Numbered from the stretch's first letter, positions 39,900 to 50,300 are shown. The stretch: 64,000 bases of DNA from a candidate division FCPU426 bacterium (GCA_963719085.1 CAVRAL010000004.1:1088001-1152000); one strand, 5' to 3'. A program made the numbers and translations. Notes: a model not told the origin generated them from the letters alone.

Positions 39900-41009
39900 A
39901 TGGCTGAAATGTTCTACGAAATCAAGCGCCGCAAAACCCGTCCGGTCATGGTGGGCAAGGTCCAAGTCGGCGGCGGAGCCCCCATTTCCATCCAGTCCAT
40001 GACCAACACCCATACCTATGACGTGCAAGAAACCATCGACCAATGCAAGCGCTTGGAAGACGCGGGCTGCGAAATCATCCGCGTGACGGTGGAAAGCCCG
40101 AAAGCCTTAAAGGTTTTGGGACAGATCAAGGCCAAAATGAAGGTTCCCTTGGTGGCCGACATCCATTTTGCCCATGCCATGGCGCTGGGCGCCATTGATG
40201 AGGGCGCGGACAAGATCCGCATCAACCCGGGCAACATCGGCGGCATGGACCGCTTGGCTTTGGTGGTGGAGAAGTGCAAAAAGTTCAACGTGGCCATGCG
40301 GGTGGGCGTGAATTCGGGCTCGCTGGAAAAAGACCTCCTGGAAAAGCACGGGCATCCGACGCCGGAAGCCATCGTGGAATCGGCCATGCGCCATATCAAG
40401 TTCATCGAGTCCTTCGACTATCACAATATGATCATCTCGGTGAAGAGCTCGCACGTTCCCACCATGATCCGCTCTTACCGGCTTTTGGCCGAGCAATGCG
40501 ATTATCCTTTCCACGTGGGCGTGACCGAGGCCGGCACCAAGATGCAGGGAATCACCAAAAGCGCCGCGGGCATCGGGGCTGCCTTATCCGACGGCATCGG
40601 CGACACGATCCGGGTTTCCTTGACGGCGGACCCGGTGGAAGAAGTCAAAGTGGCCACCCACCTGCTGCGTTCCATGGGCTTCCGCAAAGAAGGCGTGGAT
40701 ATCGTGGCCTGCCCCACCTGCGGGCGATGCCATGTGGACTTGGAAAAGATGGTGGATCAAGTGGAAACCGCGACCCTCACCATGAAGACCCCCATGCGGG
40801 TGGCCATCATGGGCTGCGTGGTCAATGGGTTGGGCGAAGGCGCCGAGGCTGATATCGGCATCTGCTCGGAGAAGGGGCACGGGGTCATCATTGAGAAGGG
40901 GGAGATTAAAGTGCGCTTGAAGGAAGAAGAATTGGTTCCCCATTTGATCGGCGAGATCAAAAAGCGCAGCGCCGAGATGGAAAAGGCCGCCGCTCAGAAA
41001 TCGTCCTAA
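39900..41009 (+). CDS. ispG: (E)-4-hydroxy-3-methylbut-2-enyl diphosphate synthase
   Basis: IQSMTNT, VADIHF, RINPGN, GVNSGS, GVTEAG, GDTIRVSL, CPTCGR, MGCVVNG. Confidence 0.98.
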   Translation: MAEMFYEIKRRKTRPVMVGKVQVGGGAPISIQSMTNTHTYDVQETIDQCKRLEDAGCEIIRVTVESPKALKVLGQIKAKMKVPLVADIHFAHAMALGAIDEGADKIRINPGNIGGMDRLALVVEKCKKFNVAMRVGVNSGSLEKDLLEKHGHPTPEAIVESAMRHIKFIESFDYHNMIISVKSSHVPTMIRSYRLLAEQCDYPFHVGVTEAGTKMQGITKSAAGIGAALSDGIGDTIRVSLTADPVEEVKVATHLLRSMGFRKEGVDIVACPTCGRCHVDLEKMVDQVETATLTMKTPMRVAIMGCVVNGLGEGAEADIGICSEKGHGVIIEKGEIKVRLKEEELVPHLIGEIKKRSAEMEKAAAQKSS

Positions 41010-41039
41010 CGGTTAAAGTGAAGGTAGTGTGTTGTCGCC

Positions 41040-41067
41040 AAGAGGCGGGTGAAAACCCGCCTCTTTT
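41040..41067 (+). terminator. Intrinsic terminator after ispG
   Basis: AAGAGGCGGGT-GAAA-ACCCGCCTCTTTT. Confidence 0.8.
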
Positions 41068-41103
41068 GTTTATTCCCAGATAAAAATTTTTAAGGAACAA
41101 CGC

Positions 41104-42831
41104 ATGCGAGTCTCCCAAGCCCTCATTCCCACGGTCAAAGAAACACCCCAAGAAGCCGAGATTCCCTCTCACAAACTGATGCTTCGCGCGGGGCTGATGC
41201 GAAAAGTCGCCTCCGGCATTTATGAATACCTGCCGTTGGGCCAAAAGGTCATCCTCAAGGTGATGAGGATCATCCGCGAGGAAATGGAAGCCGCCGGCGC
41301 GCAAGAAGTGTTGCTTCCCATTCTCACCCCCGCTGAGCTTTGGCAGGAAACAGGCCGCTGGCAAAAATATGGAAAAGAATTGATGCGGGTGAAGGACCGC
41401 CACGAGCGCGATTACGCCCTGGGTCCCACGCATGAGGAAGTCATCACGGATCTGGTGCGCCGGGAGCTCAAAAGCTACAAGCAACTGCCCATGAATTTAT
41501 TCCAGATCGCCACCAAGTTCCGCGACGAGGTGCGGCCGAGGTTTGGCGTGATGCGCAGCCGGGAATTCCTCATGAAGGACGGCTATTCCTTCGACGTGGA
41601 CGACGACGCCTGCGACAAGACCTACTGGAAGATGTACGAGGCCTACAAGCGCATCTTCAAGCGCTGCGGGCTTCTCAGTTCGCCCGTTGAGGCGGATTCA
41701 GGGCTCATCGGCGGCAGTTTTACCCATGAATTCATGGTATTGGCCGAAACCGGCGAGGCCGCCATCGCTTTATGCGAGGCTTGCGGCTACGCGGCCAATA
41801 TGGAAAAGGCCCAGGGCGTGCCCGCGGCCCACGCGGTTTCCGCCGAAGGCGGGGCTTACCAAAAAATCTCCACCCCCGGCAAACACACGGTGGCCGATGT
41901 GGGCGCTTTTCTGAAACTACCCGCCCAGCAATTCATCAAGACCCTGCTTTTTATCGCCGACGGCAAACCCGTGGCGGTTTTGGTGCGGGGCGACCATGAC
42001 GTGAATGAAGTCAAGGTTCAAAATTATCTCCAGGCCGCCGAGATCAATTTGGCGTCGCCCGAAAAAGTCTATGAAGTGACCAAGGCTCCCGTGGGCTTCG
42101 CGGGCCCGGTGGGGCTCGCCGGGGTGAAAATCATCGCGGACGCGGAATTAAAAGGCGGACATCAGTATGTAACCGGGGGCTTGGCGAAGGATATCCATCT
42201 TACCGGGGTGGAACTGGGCCGGGATTTCGCCGAGCCCGAGTGGGGCGATTTCCGAAATGTGGTCATGGGCGACGGCTGTCCCAAGTGCGGCAAGCCCTTG
42301 AAGACCGGCCGGGGTATCGAGGTGGGGCAGACCTTTAAACTAGGCACCAAATATTCCGCCGCCATGAAATGCGTTTATTTAGGGGATGAAGGCAAAGATA
42401 AAGAAGCGGTCATGGGTTGCTACGGCATCGGCGTCACCCGCACGGTCGGCGCGGCCATTGAGCAGCATAACGACGAAAACGGCATCGTTTGGCCCATTTC
42501 GCTTTCGCCTTACCAGGTTCATTTGCTTTGCCTCAACCCGGCCGAGAGCGACGTGGTGAAGGTTGCCGATCAATGTTACGAGGATTTAAAGAAGGCGGGC
42601 TTCGAGGTTCTTTATGATGACCGGCTTGAGGCTTCGGCGGGATTCAAGTTTAAGGACGCCGATCTTTTAGGGCTGGCTTTGTCGGTCCGGGTGGGCGCCC
42701 GGGGTTTGAAGGAAGGCTTGGTGGAACTCAAGCGCCGCCGGGAAAAAGACGTCGTGAAAGTTCCCGTGGCTGAGGTGCTGGGCAAAGTGAAGGAACTCGC
42801 CGCCGAAGAATGGAAACTCTGCACGCCGTAA
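41104..42831 (+). CDS. proS: Proline--tRNA ligase (with editing insertion domain)
   Basis: SHKLMLRAG, GPTHEE, FRDEVRPRFGVMRSREF, GIEVGQTFKLG, MGCYGIG. Confidence 0.98.
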   Translation: MRVSQALIPTVKETPQEAEIPSHKLMLRAGLMRKVASGIYEYLPLGQKVILKVMRIIREEMEAAGAQEVLLPILTPAELWQETGRWQKYGKELMRVKDRHERDYALGPTHEEVITDLVRRELKSYKQLPMNLFQIATKFRDEVRPRFGVMRSREFLMKDGYSFDVDDDACDKTYWKMYEAYKRIFKRCGLLSSPVEADSGLIGGSFTHEFMVLAETGEAAIALCEACGYAANMEKAQGVPAAHAVSAEGGAYQKISTPGKHTVADVGAFLKLPAQQFIKTLLFIADGKPVAVLVRGDHDVNEVKVQNYLQAAEINLASPEKVYEVTKAPVGFAGPVGLAGVKIIADAELKGGHQYVTGGLAKDIHLTGVELGRDFAEPEWGDFRNVVMGDGCPKCGKPLKTGRGIEVGQTFKLGTKYSAAMKCVYLGDEGKDKEAVMGCYGIGVTRTVGAAIEQHNDENGIVWPISLSPYQVHLLCLNPAESDVVKVADQCYEDLKKAGFEVLYDDRLEASAGFKFKDADLLGLALSVRVGARGLKEGLVELKRRREKDVVKVPVAEVLGKVKELAAEEWKLCTP

Positions 42832-42843
42832 AGCAGAGGAATC

Positions 42844-42930
42844 ATTTTACAATGATAAACGCGGATGAACGCGGATGGTTTAAAACCAACTTGTTTTATC
42901 GGCGTTTATCCGCGTTCATCATTGTAAATT
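42844..42930. repeat. Structured intergenic repeat, family 1 copy C (short form)
   Basis: TTTACAATGATAAACGCGGATGAACGC...GCGTTTATCCGCGTTCATCATTGTAAA simple hairpin. Confidence 0.85.
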
Positions 42931-42951
42931 TCAGTTTTTGAAAGGTTTTTC

Positions 42952-44106
42952 TTGAAAATCGCGCTCGTCACCGACACCTACTATCCCCGCATCAACGGGG
43001 TCTCGGCTTCCACGCAAATTTTCGCCGAGGAATTCGGCAAACTGGGTCATGAAGTCCACATCTACGCCCCGGCTTTTCCTAACGCCGCCGACGATAGCGA
43101 AAATTACAAGGTTTTCCGCTTTCCTTCCTTGTACCTTTTCTTCGATCCAGAAGACCGCTTGCCCATGCCGGGCCGCGACAAGAAGCTGGTTCAGTTCTTC
43201 AAGGACCAAAAATACGACATCGTGCATACCCAGACGCCCTTTTCCCTCGGGGGGCCGGCGGTGAAGTGGGCGAGGGAAACCGGCGCTAAGGTCGTGCATA
43301 CCTACCACACGCTTTTCGCGGCCTATACCGAGCATTACCTTTGGTTCATCCCCAAGGCTTGGGGCATCGCCTACGCCAAGTCCGCCAGCCGAAAGTATTG
43401 CGATTCCTGCGACCTGGTCATCACGCCCTCCACTGCCATGCGCGGCGCGCTTCAAAGCTACAATGTGAAGGCGCCCATTGAGGTCATCCCGACCGGCATC
43501 CGGCTGGCTCGCTTCCAGGGCCGGGACTCCAAACGTTACCGGGAACTCAAGGGCTACCAGCCCCAGGACAAATTGCTGCTCTTCATGGGACGGGTAGCCG
43601 AGGAAAAGAACATCGATTTCCTTTTGAATGTCATCAACGGCCTGAGGCCTGAAATCCCGAAAATTCAATTCCTCATCGCCGGTGAAGGGCCCGCCAAAAA
43701 GCGTCTGGAAAAGATGGTCGCCGATTTGAATATGGGCGATTGCGTGCATTTCGCCGGCTATTTAAGTAAGGAAGATTGGCGCGATTGCTACGCCGGGTCC
43801 GACTTGTTTGTTTTCGCTTCCATCACGGAGACCCAAGGGCTGGTCGTCACCGAGGCGATGGCGGCGGAAACCCCCGTCGTGGCCGTGGGCGAGATGGGCA
43901 TTAAAGACGTGATGGCTTCCGGCAAGGGCGGCGTCATGACCAAGCTGGATGAGAAGGAATTCTCCGCCGCGGTCAAACGCATGCTGACGGATGACCCGTT
44001 TTACCAGGAAAAGAAATCCGAAACCCTGGCGGAAGCGGATAAATGGTCCTCCACCTCGATGGCCAAGCGCATGCTGGAAGCCTATGGCCGGATTTTAAAA
44101 AGTTAA
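42952..44106 (+). CDS. GT4 glycosyltransferase (diacylglycerol glucosyltransferase-like)
   Basis: TDTYYPRINGV, HTQTPF, HTYHT, GRVAEEKN, ETQGLVVTEAMAA. Confidence 0.88.
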   Translation: MKIALVTDTYYPRINGVSASTQIFAEEFGKLGHEVHIYAPAFPNAADDSENYKVFRFPSLYLFFDPEDRLPMPGRDKKLVQFFKDQKYDIVHTQTPFSLGGPAVKWARETGAKVVHTYHTLFAAYTEHYLWFIPKAWGIAYAKSASRKYCDSCDLVITPSTAMRGALQSYNVKAPIEVIPTGIRLARFQGRDSKRYRELKGYQPQDKLLLFMGRVAEEKNIDFLLNVINGLRPEIPKIQFLIAGEGPAKKRLEKMVADLNMGDCVHFAGYLSKEDWRDCYAGSDLFVFASITETQGLVVTEAMAAETPVVAVGEMGIKDVMASGKGGVMTKLDEKEFSAAVKRMLTDDPFYQEKKSETLAEADKWSSTSMAKRMLEAYGRILKS

Positions 44107-44116
44107 AGAAAAACAG

Positions 44117-44299
44117 TTTTTGCCGCCAAGACGCTCCCGGCGGCCTAGAATGAGGCCAATCGGCCGGGACCTATCGCCTTCGCTATAATGTTTGATTTGA
44201 GAGCGATGCAAGTCCGCCAAGAACGACGAAAGATCATCATGTCAAAATTTCTTATTTCTTTATGCCTTTTTTGGCGAACTTGGCGTCTTGGCGGTGAAA
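44117..44299. repeat. REP-like family 2 copy with inserted double-hairpin cassette
   Basis: GCCGCCAAGACGC ... CTTGGCGTCTTGGCGGT arms; hairpins at 44135-44169 and 44173-44207. Confidence 0.7.
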
Positions 44300-45111
44300 T
44301 AGGAGTTGTTTTGCTTTTTGTTTTTTCTTTCCCTGTTTTCGCTCAAACTTCCAACCCGCGAGAAACTTGGTCTGTCCTGCCCGCCGAGCCCCTATTCGCG
44401 CCCCTTATCGCGGATCCCCGGGAGCCCCACACTTCCATCACCGCCTATGGCAACGAGAATGACTTTGAGGGCGCGGTGGGAACCATGGTGGAGTTGGTCC
44501 GCTATAAGCCCATGGATGACACCGAGTGGGGTTGGGGACTTTTTGGGGCGGGTTATATCCTCTTAAGCGAGAACGGCGCCACCTTTCCCATGCAGGCCGG
44601 GGATTGGTACGCGGGCACCTATGTCAGCGAAAAAAGCGGGCCTTTTTCCTTTCGGTTGGAATTCGAGCACCAAAGCGCCCACTTGGGAGACGCCTTTGAC
44701 GGAAGCGCTACGGTCACGCCCATCTTTTACAGCCGGGAAAATTTCAACTTAAGCGCCTCTTATGACGCGGCCTCTTGGCTGCGGTTTTACGCCAATTTGG
44801 GGATTTGGGAAAACATCGCCCCGCCGGATAAACTTTTTTTCTGTTCTTTAGGGACGGAAATTTACACGCCGACCTTTTCATTTTTAGGCGCGGCCTTAAG
44901 GGGTTATGGCACCTATAACTTGAAACACAAAGAGGAGGCCGGCGGCGTCAATAACCAAACCATCCAGCTGGGACTTCAGCTGAAAGCCCATGAAGGCGAC
45001 CGGTCTTCGGTGCGCTTGGCCTTGGTTTACTACAACGGCAACGCGGAGTTCGGCCAGTTTTATCTCCAACATGACGAGCATTGGGGAACGGCGGTGTATT
45101 TTGATCCCTAA
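44239..45111 (+). CDS. DUF1207-like outer-membrane protein (paralog 1)
   Basis: LP..PLF.PLIADPRE, DWY.GTY.SE, HQSAHLGD, FGQFY, ends YFDP; start position uncertain. Confidence 0.65.
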   Translation: MSKFLISLCLFWRTWRLGGEIGVVLLFVFSFPVFAQTSNPRETWSVLPAEPLFAPLIADPREPHTSITAYGNENDFEGAVGTMVELVRYKPMDDTEWGWGLFGAGYILLSENGATFPMQAGDWYAGTYVSEKSGPFSFRLEFEHQSAHLGDAFDGSATVTPIFYSRENFNLSASYDAASWLRFYANLGIWENIAPPDKLFFCSLGTEIYTPTFSFLGAALRGYGTYNLKHKEEAGGVNNQTIQLGLQLKAHEGDRSSVRLALVYYNGNAEFGQFYLQHDEHWGTAVYFDP

Positions 45112-45127
45112 CCACGGCCAAGACTTT

Positions 45128-45227
45128 TTCACCACCAAGGCACCAAGACACCAAGAGAGATATAAGAAGAAAATTAAATTCTTTTTGATTTTTTGCCGTC
45201 CTTGGTGTCTTGGTGCCTTGGCGGTGA
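45128..45227. repeat. REP-like family 2 copy
   Basis: CACCACCAAGGCACCAAGACACCAAG ... CTTGGTGTCTTGGTGCCTTGGCGGTG. Confidence 0.85.
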
Positions 45228-46009
45228 TATTGGGTTTTCCTTGGGCCGCGGGGGCTCAAGAAACACCCCAATGGGTTTTGCTCCCGTCCCAATTGGTCTT
45301 TCGGCCGCTCATCGCCGATCCCCGGGAAATTCATGACAGCGTTTCGGCCAACGGCGCCTGGGATACCTATGAGGGGGACATCGGCGACATCATCGAGCTT
45401 CTTCAATGGCGTCCCTTGGATGGAAGCCGCTGGGCTTGGGGCATTGAGGGCGCCAGCGATATCCAATTGGACGGCTTGGGAAACGGCGTTTTTCCTGAGC
45501 GGGTCAGCGATTGGTATTTGGGAACTTATTTCAGCGAATCCTTAGGGGCGTTTTCCCACCGCCTGGAATACCTGCATGTGAGCTCGCATTTAGGGGACTC
45601 GCTTTTTCCCGATCCGCGCATCATCTTCACCCGGGAAAGCTTCCGTTGGACCACCTCTTTTGATCCTTCCCGTCAATTCCGGGTCTACGCCGGCGCCGGT
45701 TATTACCCCCACATGGCGCCGGATGACCAGCGCTTTTACGCCCATTGGGGCGCGGAGCTTTACAGCGAGGATTGGCCCCTGAGGGGAACCGTGGTTCGCG
45801 GCTATTTGGGCTACGACGGAAAATACCTGCGGGAAGCCGGGGGTGTTTTGGACCAGAATTTCGAGTTGGGCGTCCAATGGAAATGGACCCAGGATTCCAC
45901 CCGGGCGATCCGTGTGGCGGTTTCCTACTACGCCGGAAATTCGGACTTCGGACAATTCTACCGCCAAAGCGACAACCACTGGGCCTGGGGCGTTTATTTC
46001 GATCCCTAA
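45185..46009 (+). CDS. DUF1207-like outer-membrane protein (paralog 2)
   Basis: Same motifs (PLIADPRE, HVSSHLGD, FGQFY, YFDP); TTG 45185 is the inferred start. Confidence 0.62.
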   Translation: MIFCRPWCLGALAVILGFPWAAGAQETPQWVLLPSQLVFRPLIADPREIHDSVSANGAWDTYEGDIGDIIELLQWRPLDGSRWAWGIEGASDIQLDGLGNGVFPERVSDWYLGTYFSESLGAFSHRLEYLHVSSHLGDSLFPDPRIIFTRESFRWTTSFDPSRQFRVYAGAGYYPHMAPDDQRFYAHWGAELYSEDWPLRGTVVRGYLGYDGKYLREAGGVLDQNFELGVQWKWTQDSTRAIRVAVSYYAGNSDFGQFYRQSDNHWAWGVYFDP

Positions 46010-46093
46010 AAGGTCCTATTTTTCGCAGGCGGAATCGGCATTTTTTATGGAATAAGGGTATGGGTTCCTTCACTAGGTTAGTGGAGGACAATT

Positions 46094-47167
46094 ATGAAAA
46101 ACCCACGACGCTTATCGGTTTTGCTTATCTTTGCCGGACTGATTACGCTTCCTTGGGGTTGCATGAAGAGCTTTAGCTCTTTACCCGCCGCGCCCGGGTC
46201 GGCTCCACCGACCCCTACTGAGACATTTCAATTTAGTCCCACGAGCACCTCAACCGCCAATCCGGCTTTTACTTTCACCAATACCCCGACCATCACTAAT
46301 AGCCCGACTCCCAGTTTTACCCCGGCCAGCACGCCGACCTTGGTGGATATTAATTTCACCTCGGGCGTGACGGTTTTGCCGACAGGGGCCTATCAATTTG
46401 GAAACGTTCATTTGGGGGCGGGAGCTGTCGTCACCATCGCGGGAGCGGTCACGGTTCTTTGCAAGTCTTTCACCTTGGACGCGGGAGCGACCGTAACCGG
46501 CGCGGGCCAGGGATATTGGGGAACGGATTACCTTCCCTTGACGATAACCTGGATTGGCCCCGGACCTGGTTGGGGAGCATCGTCTCCGTGGCCTAGCAGT
46601 GACCTTTGGTTTTTATGTGGAGGCGGCGGCCACGGCGGCGCGGGAGGAACGGACTGCGATTCCCAAGGAAACTGTGTTTCAGGCGGGAAAGCAAACGACG
46701 ATCTTATCCATCCTTCGTTGATGGGGAGTGGAGGGGCTCAAGACTCGCTTAATTCCAAGTTGGCGCCGCCATGCTCAGCCGGCGGCGGCCTCTTGGTTCT
46801 GGTGGCTTATGACGCCGTGTCGAATCAGGTTCAACCGGTTACGATAAATGGAACTGTCGACATGAGCGGGGGAAAAGGATGCGGCACCGATTTCAATGGA
46901 GGCGATGCCGGAGGCGCGGGAGGCGGGATTTTAATCGAGGCCAGTTCGGTCCAAGGAAACGGATATTTAAATGCCAACGGGGGGAACGATGGGCAAATTA
47001 ATGGCGGCGGAGGCGGTGGCGGCATTATATCCTTGATCGAGAAAGTGCCTTCTTTTGCCGGAACCACTTCGGTTTTGGGCGGAAACTATGTTCCTGGCTA
47101 TGTCTCCCCAAATACAGGTGAAACCGGAAGTGTGACCGTCACGGCGGCGCCTTCCAGCGGGTATTAG
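46094..47167 (+). CDS. Glycine-rich lipoprotein with Thr-Pro linker
   Basis: GGAGG SD; lipobox PWG-C; TPT linker; GGGGHGGAGG, GSGG, GGAGGGI, GGGGGGGII repeats. Confidence 0.75.
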   Translation: MKNPRRLSVLLIFAGLITLPWGCMKSFSSLPAAPGSAPPTPTETFQFSPTSTSTANPAFTFTNTPTITNSPTPSFTPASTPTLVDINFTSGVTVLPTGAYQFGNVHLGAGAVVTIAGAVTVLCKSFTLDAGATVTGAGQGYWGTDYLPLTITWIGPGPGWGASSPWPSSDLWFLCGGGGHGGAGGTDCDSQGNCVSGGKANDDLIHPSLMGSGGAQDSLNSKLAPPCSAGGGLLVLVAYDAVSNQVQPVTINGTVDMSGGKGCGTDFNGGDAGGAGGGILIEASSVQGNGYLNANGGNDGQINGGGGGGGIISLIEKVPSFAGTTSVLGGNYVPGYVSPNTGETGSVTVTAAPSSGY

Positions 47168-47179
47168 TTCTTTCTTTTC

Positions 47180-47224
47180 AAAACAAAAACCTTCGGGAAA
47201 ATGCTCCCGAAGGTTTTTGTTTTT
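47180..47224 (+). terminator. Intrinsic terminator (possibly bidirectional)
   Basis: AAAACAAAAACCTTCGGGA...TCCCGAAGGTTTTTGTTTT long stem. Confidence 0.85.
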
Positions 47225-47293
47225 CAAGTTCTTTTAATTAAAAAACCTAAAATAAAAATCCACGAAAACGCGCGTTCCCGGGGGCCAAAAATC

Positions 47294-47321
47294 TTGACTT
47301 CTCCCCCATAGGTTGTATAGT
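47294..47321 (+). promoter_or_regulatory. Sigma70-type promoter of polC
   Basis: TTGACT-16 nt-TATAGT. Confidence 0.6.
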
Positions 47322-47368
47322 CCGAACAAACACCACCCACTCCCCAAATTTCCCCTGGATGAGGCCGC

Positions 47369-50300
47369 ATGACTCCGATCGGGACACAGTCCAACCCTGA
47401 AACCGAAGCCCCCGCTTCCCCTTTTTATGATTTACTCCAGCAAATCCCCTTGCAATGCCACGAAAAAGAACGGTTCCTTGAATCCGAGATTTTAAGCGTT
47501 CAAATCGACCCGAACCGCCAGCTGGTCTGGATGAAGCTGAAGATGCCGGCCATGGTGGGCGCGGAGTGTTTTGAGGGCCTGGCTTTGGGCCTCAAAGCCA
47601 CCTTGCCGGACGTGGCCAAGGTGATCCTGGATGTCCATTATCCGGCCGGCATTCTGGGCACCGCGGACTACTTGGCCCTTCACGGTAAAAATTTAGTGGC
47701 CGCTTTAATCGAGGAAGGGGACATCGCGGAGGGCTGGTTCGCCCATTGCCGGTTGGTCATGGAAAGTGAAAGCCTGGTTTTGCAGGTTCCCCATGAGTTG
47801 GCCCAACAGCAAATGGAACGCAAACAAGCCGCCAAGTTCCTTTCCGAAATGATGAAGGTGCGCTGCGGCGTGGAAGCGGCCGTCCGCGTGGAAACCCAAG
47901 CGTCCCTGCGGCCTGAGATTACCCCGGAGATGCTCGAGGCCGCCGCCGAGAAACCCAAGGAAGCGGCCAAGCTGACCGAGCCCGTTTCCATCCTGGGCCG
48001 CGCCATCGCCGCCGAGCCCCAATCCATGAACGTCCAGGACGAGCAGAATAGTTTTGTGGCCGAGGGCGAGATCATTATGTTCGAGACCTTCCAAACCCGA
48101 AGCGGCCGCCACCTGGTGAAACTGACCATCACGGATTACGTTGATTCTCTCGATGTCCGCTTTTTCCACGAGGGCGACGGCAAGTTCAAGGGCGGCTTGA
48201 AAGAGCGCGACTGGGTGCGGGTACGGGGCGATTTGCGGTTCGATAAATACGCGGCGGATGATTTAACCATGACGGCCCGCGACATCATGAAGGTGCCGCC
48301 CCCCGAATCGCGCCAGGACCGCGCCGTTGAAAAAAGGGTCGAGCTTCACTGCCACACCCAAATGAGCCGCATGGACGGACTTTCCAAAATCGACCGCCTG
48401 ATTGAGCGGGCCGCCAAGTGGGGCCACCCCGCCATCGCCATCACGGACCACGGCGTGGTGCAGGCTTACCCCGAAGCCCGGGCCGCCGCCAAAAAGCACG
48501 GCATCAAACTGATCCTGGGCATCGAAGGCTACCTGGTGGATGAGTTTAAACGGGAAAAGGGAATGCCCATTTACCACATCATCATCCTGGTCAAGAACAA
48601 GGCGGGCCTGAAGAACCTCTACAAATTGGTTTCGGAAAGCCATCTGCATTATTTTTACAAACGGCCGCTCATCCCTAAAGAACTGCTCGAAAAACACCGG
48701 GAAGGACTCATCATCGGCTCGGCCTGTGAGCAAGGCGAAATTTGGCAGCACCTTCTTAAAAAAGACAAGCCGCTGGAAGAAGTGGCGGCCTTTTATGATT
48801 ACGTCGAGATCCAGCCCTGCGGCAACAACGAGTTTATGATCGCGGACGGCGCGGTGAAGGATATGGCGGAGCTTCAGGCCTTGACCAAACAGCTTTACGA
48901 TTTGGGCAAAAGCATGGGCAAGATGGTTTTGGCCACCGGCGACTCGCACTTTTTGGAGCCCCGGGACGAGGTTTACCGCCGGATCATCCACGCGGGCATG
49001 GGCTATGGCGTGGAGCGCCAAGCGCCGCTTTATTTCAAAACCACCGATGAGCTTAAACGGGATTTTGAGTATTTCACCCCTGAGATCGTCCATGAATTGG
49101 TGGTGACCAATCCCAATAAAATCGCCGCCATGGTGGAGGATGTGGAACCCCTGCCCACCGAAACCCTGAGCCCCCATTGGGACGGGGCGGATGATTTGCT
49201 ACGAAAGACCGCCACCGACCAAGCCAAGGCGCTCTATGGCGACGCCTTGCCCGATTTCATCGAGAAGCGGCTCACCAAAGAACTCGACGCCATCATCAAC
49301 AATAAGTTTTCCACCTTGTATGTGATCGCCATGAAACTGGTGAAAAAGTCCATCTCGGACGGCTATCTGGTCGGAAGCCGGGGAAGCGTGGGAAGTTCTT
49401 TCGTGGCCTATTTATGCGGTATTACCGAGGTCAATCCCTTGCCGCCCCACTGGCGCTGTCCGGAGGGTCATTTTCACGAGTTCCCCGAAAATCCCGGCTC
49501 TTCCGCCGGCGTGGATATGCCCGAGAAAAAATGCCCCAAGTGCGGCATGCCCACCATCCGGGACGGCTTTTCCATCGCCTTCGAGGTTTTCATGGGCTTC
49601 AAGGGCGATAAGATGCCGGACATCGACTTGAATTTTTCCGGCGAGTACCAGCATGTGGCGCACAAATACGTGGAAGAGCTTTTCGGCAAGGAACATTGTT
49701 TCCGAGCCGGCACCATCTCGGCGGTGAAGGATAAGATCGCCTTCGGCTTTGTGAAAAAATTTGTCGAGGAAGTGGGGCGCAAACCCCGCAACGCGGAGCT
49801 CAACCGGCTGGTGAAGGGCTGCTCAGGCGTGTCCAAGACCACCGGCCAGCATCCGGGCGGCATCGTCATACTTCCTAAGCACATGGAAATTACCGACGTC
49901 TGTCCCGTTCAATACCCGGCGGACAACAAAGACGGCGACGTCATCACCACCCATTTTGACTATGACAGCATGCATGACTGCCTGGTCAAGCTCGACATCC
50001 TGGGCCATGACAATCCGACCAGCTTGAAGCGTTTGCAAACCATGACCGGGGTGTCGCCGGTCCACATTCCGCTCAACGATCCGGATACCATGAGTCTTTT
50101 TTCCGGGGTAGGCGCTTTGAAGCTGAAAGAAAAAATGGATTTTGATTTAGGAAGCTTAGGCATCCCCGAGTTCGGCACTTCCTTCGCCATGGACATGCTC
50201 CGGGATACCAAGCCCACCAAGTTCGAGCATTTGGCCCGATTGTCCGGTTTGGCGCATGGCACCGATGTGTGGCTGGGCAACGCGCAGGATTTAATTAAAA

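Noticed and set aside
44990..45184. N-terminal extension of the second DUF1207-like ORF from ATG 44990
   Set aside because: Overlaps the upstream paralog by 122 nt and would bury the signal peptide; a later start is more plausible.
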